Shown piece by piece: positions 32,023 through 43,580 of a DNA stretch of 64,000 nt. The notes beneath the pieces were generated by a model. It worked only from the letters and a program-made list of their open reading frames with translations, ran no database searches and was not told where the DNA came from. The translations under genes were made by a program, and so were the position numbers. The stretch is taken from contig CBDBCF010000001.1 of the NCBI GenBank assembly GCA_965202985.1, positions 864,001 through 928,000 on the forward strand. The letters run 5' to 3'. This DNA is from Longimicrobiales bacterium (GTDB lineage Bacteria; Gemmatimonadota; Gemmatimonadetes; Longimicrobiales; Gaopeijiaceae). How positions within the stretch are numbered: position 1 is the first letter of the stretch; every line of letters starts with the position of its first letter.

Positions 32023-32826
32023 TCAGGCGGTAGCGCCCGCGACGGAAGGCGCGGCCTGGGCCGCCGGCTCCCAGACGCCGCCGCCGGTCAAGACGGCGGG
32101 GCCGGTCGAGGTCACGGCCACCGTGTGCTCGAAGTGCGCCGACAGGGCCCGGTCCCAGGTGACGACCGTCCACTCGTCGGCCAACGTTCGGATGCGGGCG
32201 CTGCCGGCGGAGAGCATGGGTTCGATGGCCAGGACCATGCCGGGAGACAGGAGCACGCCCGTGCCGGCCCGGCCCTCGTTGGCGACCTGCGGTTCCTCGT
32301 GGATCTCCCGCCCGATGCCGTGCCCCACCAAGTCGCGCACGATCGCCAGACCCGTCTCGCGCACCACGCCGACCACGGCCGCGCCCACGTCACCGACCCG
32401 CGCGCCGGGACGGGCCGCCGCCACCGCGGCGTCGAGCGCCGAGCGCGTGACCTGCAGGAGGTGCGCAGCCTCGGGTCCGACTTCGCCCACCGAGAAGGTG
32501 AACGCCGAGTCGGCGCACCATCCGCCGCAGCGCACACCCACGTCGACCGACACGATGTCGCCCGACCGGAGCACGCGCGCCGAGGGGATCCCGTGCACCA
32601 CCTCCTCGTTGATGCTGATGCACGCGTTCCCCGGAAAGCCGTAGAGTCCCTTGAACGCCGGCACGGCCCCGGCATGCGACCGCACGAACTCGCCGGCGAA
32701 GCGGTCCAGCTCGGCGGTGGAGAGGCCGGGGACCACGAGCGGCTCGATCTCGCCGAAGAGGTCGGCGACGATGCGGCCGCTCCGCCCGATCGCCTCGATC
32801 TCGCGGGTCGACTTCAGGGGGATCAT
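32023..32826 (-). CDS. map: Type I methionine aminopeptidase
   Basis: [30 protein letters not shown]. Confidence 0.96.
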   Translation of the reverse strand: MIPLKSTREIEAIGRSGRIVADLFGEIEPLVVPGLSTAELDRFAGEFVRSHAGAVPAFKGLYGFPGNACISINEEVVHGIPSARVLRSGDIVSVDVGVRCGGWCADSAFTFSVGEVGPEAAHLLQVTRSALDAAVAAARPGARVGDVGAAVVGVVRETGLAIVRDLVGHGIGREIHEEPQVANEGRAGTGVLLSPGMVLAIEPMLSAGSARIRTLADEWTVVTWDRALSAHFEHTVAVTSTGPAVLTGGGVWEPAAQAAPSVAGATA

Positions 32827-33569
32827 GCGGGCGCCGGGCTCCCGGCCACCGCCTGCGACCGTCCGGCAACGGCCTGGGACCGCCCGGCGACTACCGCCTC
32901 GGACAGCCCCACGGCCCCGGCGATCGCCCGTTGAATCTCGGCCATATCCCCTTCGCCGTTCACGCGGGTCAGCGCTTCCTTGTTCTGGTAGAACCCCACC
33001 AACGGAGCGGTGGCGTCCTGGTAGACCTCCAAGCGGGCGCGCACCGTGGCCGGCCGATCGTCGGGGCGGTGCACCAGCGGCTCTCCGGTCTCGTCGCAAA
33101 CGCCCTCTTCCTTGGGCGGATCGAAGTGAACGTTGTAGACTCGGCCGTTGGGAGACGACCGCCTTCCCGCGATGCGCTTGACCAGCAGCTCCGCGTCGGC
33201 GTCCAGCAGCACCACGCGGTTCACCTGGCGCCCCGCCTCGGCCAGCACCGAGTCCAGCGCTTCGGCCTGGACGACCGTTCGGGGAAAGCCGTCGAAGACC
33301 ACGCCCTGTTCGGCGGGCAGCGTTCGCAGGTGTTCCCGAACCAAGCCGACGATCACGTCGTCGGGCACCAGCCGGCCCCGATCCATGTACGCTTGGGCGC
33401 GAAGTCCCAGCTCGGTGCCGGCCTTTCTAGCCGCCCGAAGCAGGTCGCCCGTGGACACGTGGGCCCAGCCCCGGCCTCGGCTCAGGCGAACGCCTTGGGT
33501 CCCCTTCCCCACGCCCGGCGGACCCAAGAGAACGACGACTTTGCCGGATGTTCGACCTTTGCCGGACAC
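32823..33569 (-). CDS. adk: Adenylate kinase
   Basis: GPPGVGKGTQ, STGDLLR, DGFPRT. Confidence 0.97.
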   Translation of the reverse strand: MSGKGRTSGKVVVLLGPPGVGKGTQGVRLSRGRGWAHVSTGDLLRAARKAGTELGLRAQAYMDRGRLVPDDVIVGLVREHLRTLPAEQGVVFDGFPRTVVQAEALDSVLAEAGRQVNRVVLLDADAELLVKRIAGRRSSPNGRVYNVHFDPPKEEGVCDETGEPLVHRPDDRPATVRARLEVYQDATAPLVGFYQNKEALTRVNGEGDMAEIQRAIAGAVGLSEAVVAGRSQAVAGRSQAVAGSPAPA

Positions 33570-33570
33570 C

Positions 33571-34887
33571 TTACATGTAGCGCTGGCGGCCGCGCATCTT
33601 CACGCGGCCCTTCTTCATGAAGCCGTCGTAGTGGCGCAGAAGCAGGTGCTGCTGGGCCTGCTGCACGGTGTCCAGCCCGACGCCCACCACGATGAGAAGG
33701 CTCGTGCCGCCGAAGAAGAAGGTCTGAATGCTGAAGAAGTCGAAGATCCAATACGGGACCAGCGCGATCAGGGCCAGGTAGACGGAGCCGGGCAAGGTGA
33801 CTCGAGTCAGGATGCGGTCGATGTACTCGGCGGTTCGGGCGCCCGGCTTCACGCCCGGCACGAAAGCGCCCTGCTTCTTCAAGTTCTCGGCCAAATCCAC
33901 CGGATTGAAGATGATCGCCGTGTAGAAGTAGGTGAAGAACACGATCAGCACGGCATAGCTGATGTAGTACGCCCAGTTGCCGGGCTGAAAGACGGTGGCC
34001 AAGTCCTGCACGAAGGCGAAGGAGCTGAATGCGGCGAGCGTTCCCGGCACCACGATGAAGGACTGGGCGAAGATGATGGGCATGACGCCGGCGGAGTTGA
34101 TGCGAAGCGGGATGAAGCTCTTCTGCCCCTCCTGGATGCGCCCCCGGCCCACCACTTTGCGTGGGATCTGCACGGGGATCTTGCGCGACGCCATCGTCAT
34201 GGCCACGACGCCGGCGGTGATGCCCACCACGACCAGGAGCAGCGCGACGACTCCGGCGGCGCTGATTTCGCCCAGCCGCAACGACTCCCAGGTCCGGGCC
34301 ACGGCCTGCGGGAACCCTTGGATGATCGAGAAGAAGATCATCAGGGACATGCCGTTGCCGACGCCCCGTTCCGTGATCTGCTCGCCCAGCCACATGACGA
34401 AGACGCCGCCCACGGTGAGGACGATCACGGTGGTGAAGACGAAGCCCATTCCCGGATCGCGCACGGCGCCGGGCAACCCCTGCAAGAACGCGGCGTATGC
34501 GTAGGCCTGCACGATGCAAAGAAGGACCGTCGTGTACCGGGTCCACTGGGTCAGCTTCTTGCGCCCCTCTTCCCCTTCCTTCTGGAGCTTCTCCACCTTT
34601 GGAAACACCGCCGCCAGCAGCTGGAACATGATGCTGGCCGAGATGTAGGGCATGATTCCCAGCGCCAAGATCGTCGCGCGGCTCAGGCCGCCGCCCACGA
34701 ACATGTCGTAGACGCCCAGGGCCGTGCTCTGCGCCAGTTGTCCGAACTGCTGCTGCAGCACGCCTACGTCCAGGCCCGGGACGGTGATGTGCGACCCAAT
34801 CCGATAGATCAGCATGATCAAGAGCGTGAAGAGGATCTTGCTCTTCAGCTCCGGCGCCCGGAACAGGTTCGGGATCGGGTTCGCCAT
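33571..34887 (-). CDS. secY: Preprotein translocase SecY
   Basis: LGIMPYISASI, GVGNGMS, GGTSLLIVV. Confidence 0.98.
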   Translation of the reverse strand: MANPIPNLFRAPELKSKILFTLLIMLIYRIGSHITVPGLDVGVLQQQFGQLAQSTALGVYDMFVGGGLSRATILALGIMPYISASIMFQLLAAVFPKVEKLQKEGEEGRKKLTQWTRYTTVLLCIVQAYAYAAFLQGLPGAVRDPGMGFVFTTVIVLTVGGVFVMWLGEQITERGVGNGMSLMIFFSIIQGFPQAVARTWESLRLGEISAAGVVALLLVVVGITAGVVAMTMASRKIPVQIPRKVVGRGRIQEGQKSFIPLRINSAGVMPIIFAQSFIVVPGTLAAFSSFAFVQDLATVFQPGNWAYYISYAVLIVFFTYFYTAIIFNPVDLAENLKKQGAFVPGVKPGARTAEYIDRILTRVTLPGSVYLALIALVPYWIFDFFSIQTFFFGGTSLLIVVGVGLDTVQQAQQHLLLRHYDGFMKKGRVKMRGRQRYM

Positions 34888-34890
34888 TCG

Positions 34891-35373
34891 CTACCGGCCG
34901 TCCTTGGACACGATCGTCACGGAACCGCCCGCGGCTTCGATCTTGCGGCGGGCGGCGGCGCTTGCCGCGTGCACGGAGCACTGGACCGGACCCGGAGCGT
35001 CTCCGCCGGCCAGCAGCTTGATCGGCAGGCGACTGGACCCGGCCAAGCCCGTCTCCCGGAGCGTCTCGGGCGTGGCCTCTCGACCCTCCAAGACGTGCAG
35101 GTCCTGCACGTTCACGACCTGGTATCGGATGCGGCTTCGGTTCTTGAATCCGCGCTTCGGAATCCGGCGCTGCAGGGGCATCTGTCCCCCCTCGAACCAC
35201 GCCGGCACGCCGCCGCCGGAACGGGAGTTCTGACCCTTCGCGCCCCTGCCGGACGTCTTCCCGGAGCCCGAGCCCGGACCTCGTCCGACGCGCTTCCGCT
35301 GCCGGCGGCCTCCCTGCGCCGGGCGCAGGCTGTGGAGTTCGATCATCGCTTCCGTGGTCCCTTCTGTTGCCAT
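34891..35373 (-). CDS. rplO: 50S ribosomal protein L15
   Basis: RVGRGPGSG, FEGGQMPL. Alternative start 35346. Confidence 0.97.
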   Translation of the reverse strand: MATEGTTEAMIELHSLRPAQGGRRQRKRVGRGPGSGSGKTSGRGAKGQNSRSGGGVPAWFEGGQMPLQRRIPKRGFKNRSRIRYQVVNVQDLHVLEGREATPETLRETGLAGSSRLPIKLLAGGDAPGPVQCSVHAASAAARRKIEAAGGSVTIVSKDGR

Positions 35374-35558
35374 CAGTCCGCCTTCGAGACTTCTACGAGA
35401 TAGTCCACCTTGGCGATCATGCCCCGGATCGCCGGCGTGTCGTCGTGGACGACCGACTGCTGGTGCCGCTTGATCCCGAGCGCCTCCAGCGTGCGCCTCT
35501 GGATCTTCTTGCGACCCACCGCGCTTCTCACCTGGGTGATCCGCAACCGATCAGCCAC
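35373..35558 (-). CDS. rpmD: 50S ribosomal protein L30
   Basis: LRITQVRS...[11 protein letters not shown], canonical position. Confidence 0.95.
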   Translation of the reverse strand: MADRLRITQVRSAVGRKKIQRRTLEALGIKRHQQSVVHDDTPAIRGMIAKVDYLVEVSKAD

Positions 35559-36069
35559 CGTTCCCCATCCCCAGCTCTTCGACGGAGATGCCCCGCTCCG
35601 CCGCCACGTCGTGCGCGGTCACCAAGTTCTCCAGGGCGTCGGCGGTGGCCCGCACGACGTTGATGGGGTTGTTGGTCCCCAGGCTCTTGGTCAGCACGTC
35701 GGTGAAGCCGGCGGCTTCCAGCACCGCCCGCACGGGACCCCCCGCGATGACCCCGGTGCCCGGCGCGGCGGGCCGAAGCAGCACGCGTCCGGCACCCCAG
35801 CGGCCCACAATCTCGTGGGGAATGGTCCCGTTGACCACCGGCACGTCCACCATGTTGCGTCGGGCCCGCTCGAAGGCCTTGCGGATGGCCTCGGCCACCT
35901 CGTTGGCCTTGGCGTGGGCGATCCCGACCCGCCCGCCCTGGTCTCCCACCGAAACCAGCGCAGTGAAGGAGAACCTCCGTCCCCCCTTGACCACCTTGGC
36001 CACGCGGTTGATGTGGATCAGGTTCTCCACCTGCTCGGCGCCGTCGCGCCGCGGCTTGTCCCTCGCCAT
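35551..36069 (-). CDS. rpsE: 30S ribosomal protein S5
   Basis: [16 protein letters not shown]. Confidence 0.98.
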   Translation of the reverse strand: MARDKPRRDGAEQVENLIHINRVAKVVKGGRRFSFTALVSVGDQGGRVGIAHAKANEVAEAIRKAFERARRNMVDVPVVNGTIPHEIVGRWGAGRVLLRPAAPGTGVIAGGPVRAVLEAAGFTDVLTKSLGTNNPINVVRATADALENLVTAHDVAAERGISVEELGMGNGG

Positions 36070-36458
36070 CAGAACACCAGTCCTCCTTCTCGGGCGCCCT
36101 CGGCGAACGCCTTGACGCGTCCATGGTAGCGGAAGCCGCCCCGGTCGAAGACGACGCGCTCCACGCCTCGCTCCCTGGCCCGTTCCGCCAGCAACCGTCC
36201 CGCGGCACGGGACGCCTCTTCCTTCCGGCGCCCGTTCTCCGAAGGCTCGAAGTCCTTCAACTCGGGCGCCAAGGTGGACAGGCCCACCAGCGTGCGACCT
36301 TCGTCGTCGTTTACCACTTGGCCCTCGATGTTTCGAAGGGAGCGGTACACCACCAGCCGGGGCCGGATTTCGGTGCCGCGCACCCTCTTGCGTATCCGCG
36401 CGTGGCGTCGGCGCCGCTGAAGCCGGCGGCTCTTCCTGAGCTTTCTTGACTTGATCAT
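36069..36458 (-). CDS. rplR: 50S ribosomal protein L18
   Basis: [22 protein letters not shown]. Confidence 0.97.
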   Translation of the reverse strand: MIKSRKLRKSRRLQRRRRHARIRKRVRGTEIRPRLVVYRSLRNIEGQVVNDDEGRTLVGLSTLAPELKDFEPSENGRRKEEASRAAGRLLAERARERGVERVVFDRGGFRYHGRVKAFAEGAREGGLVF

Positions 36459-36486
36459 CGCAGAAGCTTCCGGTATCGAGTCGTGA

Positions 36487-37038
36487 TCACGCGCCGGCGG
36501 TCTTGCCGGCCTTGCGACGAACGTGTTCTCCCTTGTAGCGGACGCCCTTCCCCTTGTAGGGCTCGGGCGGCCGGAAGGAGCGGATCACGGCGGCGGTGTG
36601 GCCGACCTGCTGCTTGTCCGCCCCCTTCACCACGATCGTGGTCTGGTTCGGGAGTTCGAAGGCGATCCCGGGCGGGGCCGGGAAGTCGATGGTGTGGGAG
36701 AACCCGAGCCGCAGCACGAGCCCCTTGCCCTTGGCCTCGGCGCGATACCCGACGCCGACGATCTCCAGGGTCTTGCTGAAGCCTTCGCTGACGCCTTGGA
36801 CGACGTTGGCGACCAGCGACCGGGTGAGACCGTGTAGCGCCTTGTGCTCCTTCTCGTCCGATTCCCGCGTCACGACCAGGGTCTTGCCCTCCTCGTCCGG
36901 CGCCCACGCCACGGCGACGGCCGGACGGACGGTCAGCTCCAGTTCGCCCTTGGGACCCTTGGCGGCGAAGCGGCGCCCGTCCAAGGTCACTTGCACCCCT
37001 GCGGGCACCGAAACCGGCTGCTTGCCGATGCGCGACAT
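36487..37038 (-). CDS. rplF: 50S ribosomal protein L6
   Basis: [16 protein letters not shown]. Confidence 0.98.
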   Translation of the reverse strand: MSRIGKQPVSVPAGVQVTLDGRRFAAKGPKGELELTVRPAVAVAWAPDEEGKTLVVTRESDEKEHKALHGLTRSLVANVVQGVSEGFSKTLEIVGVGYRAEAKGKGLVLRLGFSHTIDFPAPPGIAFELPNQTTIVVKGADKQQVGHTAAVIRSFRPPEPYKGKGVRYKGEHVRRKAGKTAGA

Positions 37039-37053
37039 CGATCCTCCCTTCCC

Positions 37054-37446
37054 CTACCAGACTTCCGCCATGAGTTCGCCGCCGACCCGGGCCGCCCGGG
37101 CCGCCCGGTCCGAGAGCAGGCCCCGCGAAGTGGAAAGAATGGCCATGCCCAGCCCGTTTCTGATCCGGGGAACTTCGTCCGCCTTCACGTAGCGCCGGTG
37201 TCCGGGCTTGGAGACGCGGGCGATCCGGCGGATCAGGGGCCGGCCCTCGTAGTACTTCAAGTAGACGCGGAGCAGGCCGTGGCGGCCGTCGTTGAGCACC
37301 TTGTAGTCGTACACGAAGGCGTTTTCCTTGAGAAGCCGGGCCACATCCACCTTGAGCTTGGACAGAGGCACGTCGGCCCAACGGTGGCCGGCCGCGCCCG
37401 CGTTCCGGATCCGCGTCAGCATGTCGGCGATGGGGTCGGTCATCAT
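37054..37446 (-). CDS. rpsH: 30S ribosomal protein S8
   Basis: TDPIADMLTRIRNA. Confidence 0.98.
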   Translation of the reverse strand: MMTDPIADMLTRIRNAGAAGHRWADVPLSKLKVDVARLLKENAFVYDYKVLNDGRHGLLRVYLKYYEGRPLIRRIARVSKPGHRRYVKADEVPRIRNGLGMAILSTSRGLLSDRAARAARVGGELMAEVW

Positions 37447-37486
37447 GGTCGGTTGCGGTCCTTTGGGAAGGTGGGCGCGGGCCCGT

Positions 37487-38059
37487 TCACGCCGCGGCTC
37501 CGACGATCAGAGGCACCTCGCCTCTGAAGGGAAAGCCCAGCTGCCGCAGAAGCGCGTACGCCTCCGCGTCCTTGTCGGTGGTGGTGACTACGGAAACGTC
37601 CAGGCCGTGAATGCGAGCCACGCGGTCGTAGTCCACCTCGGGAAAGATGATCTGCTCCCTGACTCCGACGGTGTAGTTCCCCCGCCCGTCGAAGGAACGG
37701 GTGCTCATGCCCCGAAAGTCGCGGATTCGGGGCACCGCGACGGAGACGAACCGGTCCAGGAACTCCCACATCCCGCGCCGCCGCAGGGTCACCGACGCCC
37801 CGACCGGCATCCCTTCGCGCAACCGAAAGTTGGAGATCGACTTGCGTGCCCGGGTGATCACGGCCTTCTGGCCCGAGATCATGGCGAGCTCTTCGGCCAC
37901 CGACTCCACCAGCTTGCGGTCCCGGCTGCCCTCGCCGGCGCCCACGTTCAGAACGACCTTCTCGACCCGCGGAATCTGGTGCGGGTTGGCGTAGCCGAAC
38001 TGCTCCTGGAGCGCAGGCCTTGCAACGGTCTTGTAGTGCGTCAGCAGGCGCGGTTCCAT
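37487..38059 (-). CDS. rplE: 50S ribosomal protein L5
   Basis: PRIRDFRG, FDGRGNY. Confidence 0.98.
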   Translation of the reverse strand: MEPRLLTHYKTVARPALQEQFGYANPHQIPRVEKVVLNVGAGEGSRDRKLVESVAEELAMISGQKAVITRARKSISNFRLREGMPVGASVTLRRRGMWEFLDRFVSVAVPRIRDFRGMSTRSFDGRGNYTVGVREQIIFPEVDYDRVARIHGLDVSVVTTTDKDAEAYALLRQLGFPFRGEVPLIVGAAA

Positions 38060-38083
38060 GTCGTCGTTCCTCCTCTCTCTTCC

Positions 38084-38425
38084 CTAGGACCGGGTCGGCC
38101 GCGGTACCGGGTTGCCCGTCCGGACCGAGATCCGCTCCTTGAGGCCGTCCGCTTCCTCGTGGATGCGCACGCGACCGGCTTCGTTGCTGGCCGGGTCCAC
38201 GAGCATGACGTTCGACAGGTGCAGGGGCGCCTCGGACGTGACGATGCCCCCTTCGGGGTTGGCTTGAGAAGGGCGGGCGTGGCGCTTGCGCATGTTGACG
38301 CCCTGCACGACGACGCGGTCCGACTTGTGCAGGATCCGAAGCACCGTTCCTTCGGCGTCCCGGTGGTTCCCCCGAATCACCCTGACCCGGTCGCCCTTCA
38401 CGATCTTGGTTCTCGTCTTGGCCAT
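38084..38425 (-). CDS. rplX: 50S ribosomal protein L24
   Basis: KGDRVRVIRG, EAPLHLSNV. Confidence 0.96.
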   Translation of the reverse strand: MAKTRTKIVKGDRVRVIRGNHRDAEGTVLRILHKSDRVVVQGVNMRKRHARPSQANPEGGIVTSEAPLHLSNVMLVDPASNEAGRVRIHEEADGLKERISVRTGNPVPRPTRS

Positions 38426-38427
38426 CT

Positions 38428-38796
38428 TCAAAGCACCTCGGGCGCCAGCGACACGATCCTCATGTACCGCTTCTCTCGCAGCTCTCGGCCCACGGGCCCG
38501 AAGATGCGGGTGCCACGGGGTTCCTTCTGGGCATTGATGAGCACGGCGGCGTTGTCGTCGAAGCGGATGTAGCTGCCGTCCCGCCGGCGCGTCTCCTTGG
38601 CGGTGCGGACCACGACCGCTTCGGTCACCTCTCCCCGCTTCACGGGCGCATTGGGCACGGCATCCTTGATCGTCACGATCACGCGATCTCCGATCCCCGC
38701 GTAGCGCCGGCCCGAGCCGCCCAGCACGCGAATGCACAGCGCGCGCTTGGCCCCCGTATTGTCGGCGATCTTCAGCATCGATTCTTGTTGGATCAT
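38428..38796 (-). CDS. rplN: 50S ribosomal protein L14
   Basis: [22 protein letters not shown]. Confidence 0.98.
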   Translation of the reverse strand: MIQQESMLKIADNTGAKRALCIRVLGGSGRRYAGIGDRVIVTIKDAVPNAPVKRGEVTEAVVVRTAKETRRRDGSYIRFDDNAAVLINAQKEPRGTRIFGPVGRELREKRYMRIVSLAPEVL

Positions 38797-38800
38797 CGTT

Positions 38801-39109
38801 CTATGCGGATCGCTCCACGAGTTCCACGACGCGCCACCTCTTGTTCTTGGACAGGGGGCGCGTCTCCATGATCTTGACCGTGTCTCCCACCTTGCAGCGG
38901 TTGTCGCCGTCGTGCGCGTGGTACCGCTTGGTGCGCGACAGCTGCTTTCCGTAAAGGGGGTGCGCGAACCGGCGCTCGACCAGCACCGTGACCGTCTTGT
39001 CGGCCTTGTCCCCCACGACCACGCCCGTGCGAACCTTGCGTCGGCTCCGTGCGACCGGCGAACCGGGCGACGCGTTCGCGCCGTCGTTGCTCTCGGCGAC
39101 TTCGCTCAT
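38801..39109 (-). CDS. rpsQ: 30S ribosomal protein S17
   Basis: HPLYGK, ETRPLSK. Confidence 0.97.
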   Translation of the reverse strand: MSEVAESNDGANASPGSPVARSRRKVRTGVVVGDKADKTVTVLVERRFAHPLYGKQLSRTKRYHAHDGDNRCKVGDTVKIMETRPLSKNKRWRVVELVERSA

Positions 39110-39315
39110 TTGGACTCCGTGTCCGCCTTGGTTCGGCGCTCGTGCAGGATGGTCTTGATCCGCGCGATGTCGCGTCTCACGGCGCGCAGCATGCGCGGGT
39201 TCTCCAACTCTTCCGTCGCCCGGCGAAACCGCAGACGGAACTGCTCCAGCCGGAGCTCTCCCAAGCGATGCTCGAGCTCGCCGTCCGCCATCTCCCGAAC
39301 GTCTTCCGCCTTCAC
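39106..39315 (-). CDS. rpmC: 50S ribosomal protein L29
   Basis: [15 protein letters not shown]. Confidence 0.95.
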   Translation of the reverse strand: MKAEDVREMADGELEHRLGELRLEQFRLRFRRATEELENPRMLRAVRRDIARIKTILHERRTKADTESK

Positions 39316-39326
39316 GCCGTCCTCCT

Positions 39327-39743
39327 CTACAGTTGCGACTCGCGGACGACGAAGCGCGTCCGGACCGGCAGCTTGAAGGAAGCCAGCTCCATGGCCCGGC
39401 GCGCCGCCTCGGGCGAAACTCCGTCCAGCTCGAACATGATTCGGCCGGGCTTGACCACGGCAACCCACTGTTCGGGGTTCCCCTTGCCTTTGCCCATGCG
39501 CGTCTCGGCCGGCTTCTTGGTCACGGGCTTGTCGGGAAAGATGCGGATCCAGACCTTGCCGCCCCGCTTCACGTGGCGCGTGATCGCCACTCGGGCCGAC
39601 TCGATCTGCCGGTTCGTGATCCAGCCGGCATCCAACGACTGCAAGCCGTACTCGCCGAAGGAAACCTTGCTCCCCCGGTAGGCCTTGCCGCGCATCTTGC
39701 CCTTGTGGGTCTTGCGGCGCTTGACTCGCTTCGGCGACAGCAT
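39327..39743 (-). CDS. rplP: 50S ribosomal protein L16
   Basis: [16 protein letters not shown]. Confidence 0.98.
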   Translation of the reverse strand: MLSPKRVKRRKTHKGKMRGKAYRGSKVSFGEYGLQSLDAGWITNRQIESARVAITRHVKRGGKVWIRIFPDKPVTKKPAETRMGKGKGNPEQWVAVVKPGRIMFELDGVSPEAARRAMELASFKLPVRTRFVVRESQL

Positions 39744-39768
39744 GGCGTTCGCTCCCTTTCCTCTCGGA

Positions 39769-40434
39769 TCAGCCCCCGGACCCGGCCGAATACGTGCGGC
39801 CGAACCGGTCCTCGATCACTTCGCCCTTGAATATCCAGCACTTGATGCCCACGGTGCCGTACGTCGTGCGGGCCTCCAGGTGCGCGTAGTCGATGTCCGC
39901 CCGCAGCGTGTGCAAGGGGACCCTGCCTTCGTTGTAGCCCTCCGTGCGGGCGATCTCGGCGCCCCCCAGCCGTCCTGCGCACTGGATGCGGATCCCCTCC
40001 GCGCCGGCGCGCATGGCGGACTGAACGGCTCGCTTCATGGCGCGCCTGAACGAGATGCGCTGGCGGATCTGGTGGGCGACGTTGTCGGCGACCAACCGAG
40101 CGTTGAGCTCCGGCCGCTTGATCTCTTCCACGTTGACCGACACTTCGCTGTTGGTCAGCACGGCCAGCTCGTCGCGCAGCTTGTCCACCTCGGCGCCGCG
40201 CTTGCCGATGACCACGCCGGGCCGGGCGGTGTGAAGCGTCACCACCAGCTTGGAGGGCTTGCGGTCGATCTCCACGCCGGCCAGGGCCGCGTGATGCAGG
40301 CGCTGCTCCAGGTAGCGGCGAACGGTCTCGTCTTCCTTCAGGAACTTGGGAAACTCCCGTTCGGCGTACCAACGAGAACGCCAGTCCGACACGATGCCCA
40401 AGCGAAAGCCGTGGGGGTGAGTCTTTTGGCCCAT
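39769..40434 (-). CDS. rpsC: 30S ribosomal protein S3
   Basis: [23 protein letters not shown]. Confidence 0.98.
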   Translation of the reverse strand: MGQKTHPHGFRLGIVSDWRSRWYAEREFPKFLKEDETVRRYLEQRLHHAALAGVEIDRKPSKLVVTLHTARPGVVIGKRGAEVDKLRDELAVLTNSEVSVNVEEIKRPELNARLVADNVAHQIRQRISFRRAMKRAVQSAMRAGAEGIRIQCAGRLGGAEIARTEGYNEGRVPLHTLRADIDYAHLEARTTYGTVGIKCWIFKGEVIEDRFGRTYSAGSGG

Positions 40435-40439
40435 GATCG

Positions 40440-40793
40440 TCAGCTTTCCTTGGCTTCGACGGCCACGGTGATGCGGCTCGTGCGGCGGCGACGAGGCACG
40501 GCTCTCCCGCGGGCCGCAGCGCGCCAGCGCTTGTACGTGGGACCCTCGTCCACGAAGGCCCGGCTCACGAACAGATCGTCCACGTCCAGGTCCTCGCCGT
40601 CCCGATCCGCCTTGTCCTCGGCGTTGGCGACGGCGGAACGGAGCGTCTTGCTCACGGGGACGGAGGCGGCCTTCTTGGAGAACCGCAGGACGGAAAGGGC
40701 GTCGGCGACCGTGCGACCCCGGATCTGATCCACGACAAGGCGAACCTTTCGCGGGCTCATCCGGACTTGCTTGGCGGTGGCGCTTGCTTTCAT
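40440..40793 (-). CDS. rplV: 50S ribosomal protein L22
   Basis: [21 protein letters not shown]. Confidence 0.97.
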   Translation of the reverse strand: MKASATAKQVRMSPRKVRLVVDQIRGRTVADALSVLRFSKKAASVPVSKTLRSAVANAEDKADRDGEDLDVDDLFVSRAFVDEGPTYKRWRAAARGRAVPRRRRTSRITVAVEAKES

Positions 40794-40807
40794 GACGCTT
40801 TCCTTCC

Positions 40808-41092
40808 CTAGATCCTGGATCGCTTGTCGGCCAGCTTGCCGCCGTGGCCGCGGAAGAGACGCGTGGGCGCGAACTCTCCCAGCTTGTGGCCCACCATGTT
40901 CTCGCTGATGTACACCGGGATGAACTTGTTCCCGTTGTGAACGCCGATCGTGTGGCCCACGAACTCCGGCGAGATCGTGGAGGCGCGCGACCACGTGCGG
41001 ATCACTGTCCTCTCGTTGCTGGCGTTCATGCGCTCCACCTTGCGACGAAGCTTCTCGTCGATGAAGGGACCTTTCTTGACGCTTCGGGGCAT
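40808..41092 (-). CDS. rpsS: 30S ribosomal protein S19
   Basis: [21 protein letters not shown]. Confidence 0.98.
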   Translation of the reverse strand: MPRSVKKGPFIDEKLRRKVERMNASNERTVIRTWSRASTISPEFVGHTIGVHNGNKFIPVYISENMVGHKLGEFAPTRLFRGHGGKLADKRSRI

Positions 41093-41135
41093 GGCTAGGG
41101 GGCTCGGTCTTCTCCTGTGTCCCGTGAGACGCTCG

Positions 41136-41975
41136 TCAGCGCGTGGCCTTGCCGCGCTTGCGTCCGCGGACGATGAACTTGTTGGAAGGCTTCTTCTTGC
41201 GCCGGGTCTTGGCGCCTTCGGGCTTGCCCCAGGGAGTGACGGGCGGGCGCCCGCCGGACGCCTTGCCCTCGCCGCCGCCCAAGGGGTGGTCGACCGGGTT
41301 CATGGCGACGCCGCGCACCTTCGGACGGCGCCCGCGCCAGCGGTTCGCACCGGCCTTGCCCAGGCTGCGCAGGCTGTGGTCCACGTTGCCCACTTGGCCG
41401 ATCGTGGCGTAGCACCGCTTGAGGATGCGCCGCACTTCGGTGGACGGCAAGCGCAGCGTCACGTACTCCCCTTCCTTGGCGACCACTTGCACGCCCGACC
41501 CGGCGGAACGGGCGATCTGCCCGCCCTTGCCCGGCTTCATCTCCACGTTGTGGACCACCGTGCCCAGGGGGATTCGCTCCAACGGCAGCGCGTTGCCGCG
41601 ACGCACGTCGGCGTCCGGGCCCGACTCGATCAAGTCGCCGGGCTCCATGCCCCGGGCGTAAAGGACGTAGCGCTTCTCGCCGTCCTCGTAGTGGACAAGG
41701 GCGATGAGGGCCGAACGGTTGGGATCGTACTCGATCTCGGCGATCCGGCCGCGCGCGCCGTGCTTGTCGCGGCGAAAGTCGATCTTGCGGTACCGACGCT
41801 TGTTGCCGCCCCCCCGGCGGCGCACCGTGATGCGCCCGTGATGGTTGCGGCCGCCCGTCTTCTTCAAGGGCTCGGTCAAGGCCTTCTCGGGACCCTTTCG
41901 GGTGACCGCGTCCTTGGCCGTAACGGATCGGAAGCGGCTCCCCGGAGTGACGGGCTTGAACTTCTTCAGTGCCAT
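41136..41975 (-). CDS. rplB: 50S ribosomal protein L2
   Basis: [23 protein letters not shown]. Confidence 0.98.
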   Translation of the reverse strand: MALKKFKPVTPGSRFRSVTAKDAVTRKGPEKALTEPLKKTGGRNHHGRITVRRRGGGNKRRYRKIDFRRDKHGARGRIAEIEYDPNRSALIALVHYEDGEKRYVLYARGMEPGDLIESGPDADVRRGNALPLERIPLGTVVHNVEMKPGKGGQIARSAGSGVQVVAKEGEYVTLRLPSTEVRRILKRCYATIGQVGNVDHSLRSLGKAGANRWRGRRPKVRGVAMNPVDHPLGGGEGKASGGRPPVTPWGKPEGAKTRRKKKPSNKFIVRGRKRGKATR

Positions 41976-41979
41976 CGGA

Positions 41980-42288
41980 TCAACCCGCTTCGTAGAATTC
42001 GATGTGGTCGCCCTCGGCCAGCTGGACGACCGCCTTCTTGAACGACGGCGTCCACCCCGGGGTCCAGTTCTTGGCCATCCGGCCCAGGAGCGCGCGCTTG
42101 GTCTTGCCGGCGTAGCGCATGGTGCGGACATCCTTGACCTGCACGTCCCAGAGCGACTCGACGGCCCGCGCGATCTCGTGCTTGTTGGACCGGGGGTTCA
42201 CGACGAAGGTGTAGAGGTGGCGCTCCATCTGGGCCGTCGTCTTTTCGGTGACCACCGGCTGGACGATCACGTCGTGGGGCTGGCGCAT
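41980..42288 (-). CDS. rplW: 50S ribosomal protein L23
   Basis: [23 protein letters not shown]. Confidence 0.95.
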   Translation of the reverse strand: MRQPHDVIVQPVVTEKTTAQMERHLYTFVVNPRSNKHEIARAVESLWDVQVKDVRTMRYAGKTKRALLGRMAKNWTPGWTPSFKKAVVQLAEGDHIEFYEAG

Positions 42289-42956
42289 CAGTCCGGCTCC
42301 GTCCGAACGGGCCGGCGCCTGGCGCGCGACGCCTCTTGCGCAACGGCCGCGATTCCGGCCAGGGCGGCCTCCTCGATGATCACCGTCCCGGACCAGACCA
42401 CGTCGTAGGGCGACTCGGCGCCGAAGGGCAGGACGCGGACGCCAGCCAGGTTGCGGCCCGACAGATAGAGATCGCGGTTCACGCCGTGCGTAAGAAACAG
42501 CACCTTGCCCTGCGCGTCGATCTTGTCCAGCAGGCGGGTCAGCCGTCGCGTCTTGGGGCCGTCGAAGTCGAAGCCCTCGATGACGGCGACCCTGCCCGCC
42601 GCCGCGCGGCTGTTGAACGCCGACCGCCGGGCCAGGGCGCGCAGCTGCCGGGGCACCCGCTTGCGCCACGAGCGCGACATCGGCGGAAACGCGCGTCCGC
42701 CGCCGCGCCACTGGACCGCGCGGATCGTTCCCTGCCGCGCGCGACCGGTGCCCTTCTGACGCCACGGCTTGCGGCTTCCGCCCGCGACCGCCGCTCGGTT
42801 CTTCTTCTGCGCCGTGCCTTGGCGCTGGTTGGCCAGGTAGGCCGTCACCACGCGGTGCACGGCGGCCTCGCTGACGACGCCGTCGAACAGCGACCCGGGC
42901 AACGCCACCTGGTCTCCGGGCGAGCCGTCGGTCTTGAAGTAGGGGGCTTGGTACAT
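42288..42956 (-). CDS. rplD: 50S ribosomal protein L4
   Basis: [14 protein letters not shown]. Confidence 0.98.
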   Translation of the reverse strand: MYQAPYFKTDGSPGDQVALPGSLFDGVVSEAAVHRVVTAYLANQRQGTAQKKNRAAVAGGSRKPWRQKGTGRARQGTIRAVQWRGGGRAFPPMSRSWRKRVPRQLRALARRSAFNSRAAAGRVAVIEGFDFDGPKTRRLTRLLDKIDAQGKVLFLTHGVNRDLYLSGRNLAGVRVLPFGAESPYDVVWSGTVIIEEAALAGIAAVAQEASRARRRPVRTEPD

Positions 42957-42960
42957 GGCC

Positions 42961-43578
42961 TTACCGCCGGATCAGGACGTAGCCGTTCCGGCTGCCCGGA
43001 ACCCCTCCGCGAACGAACAGGAGGTTCCGTTCCGAATCGACCCGGACCACTTCCAGGTTGCGGATCGTCTTGCGCTTTCCGCCCATGCGTCCGGGCAGCT
43101 TCTTCCCCTTGATGACGCGCGAAGGGTCGGTGCCCGGCCCCATGGAGCCGGGGTTCCGGGCCATGGGATGGCCGTGGGATCCCGGTCGGCCGCTGAAGCC
43201 GTGGCGCTTCACGACGCCCTGAAAGCCGCGGCCCTTGGCGAGGCCGGTGACCTTCACGCGCTGGCCCGCTTCGAAGATCTCCACCGTCAGCTCCTGGCCG
43301 GGCGCGTACTCGGCGCCGTCTTCCGACTTGAACTCGCGAAGCAGGCGGGGGGCCGCCTCCAGGCCGGCCTTGGCGGCGTGGCCCAGCTCAGCCCGGCTCG
43401 AACGCTTGTGCTTCTTGGCCCCGAACCCGATCTGCACGGCCCGGGCGCCGTCGGACGCGTCGCCTCGGACCTGCATCACGGGACACGGACCCGCCTCCAG
43501 CACCGTGACGGGCACGACTCGACCTTCGTCCGTGAAGACGCGGGTCATCCCGATTTTCCTGCCGATCAAGCCGGGCAT
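42961..43578 (-). CDS. rplC: 50S ribosomal protein L3
   Basis: [21 protein letters not shown]. Confidence 0.98.
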   Translation of the reverse strand: MPGLIGRKIGMTRVFTDEGRVVPVTVLEAGPCPVMQVRGDASDGARAVQIGFGAKKHKRSSRAELGHAAKAGLEAAPRLLREFKSEDGAEYAPGQELTVEIFEAGQRVKVTGLAKGRGFQGVVKRHGFSGRPGSHGHPMARNPGSMGPGTDPSRVIKGKKLPGRMGGKRKTIRNLEVVRVDSERNLLFVRGGVPGSRNGYVLIRR

Positions 43579-43580
43579 CG

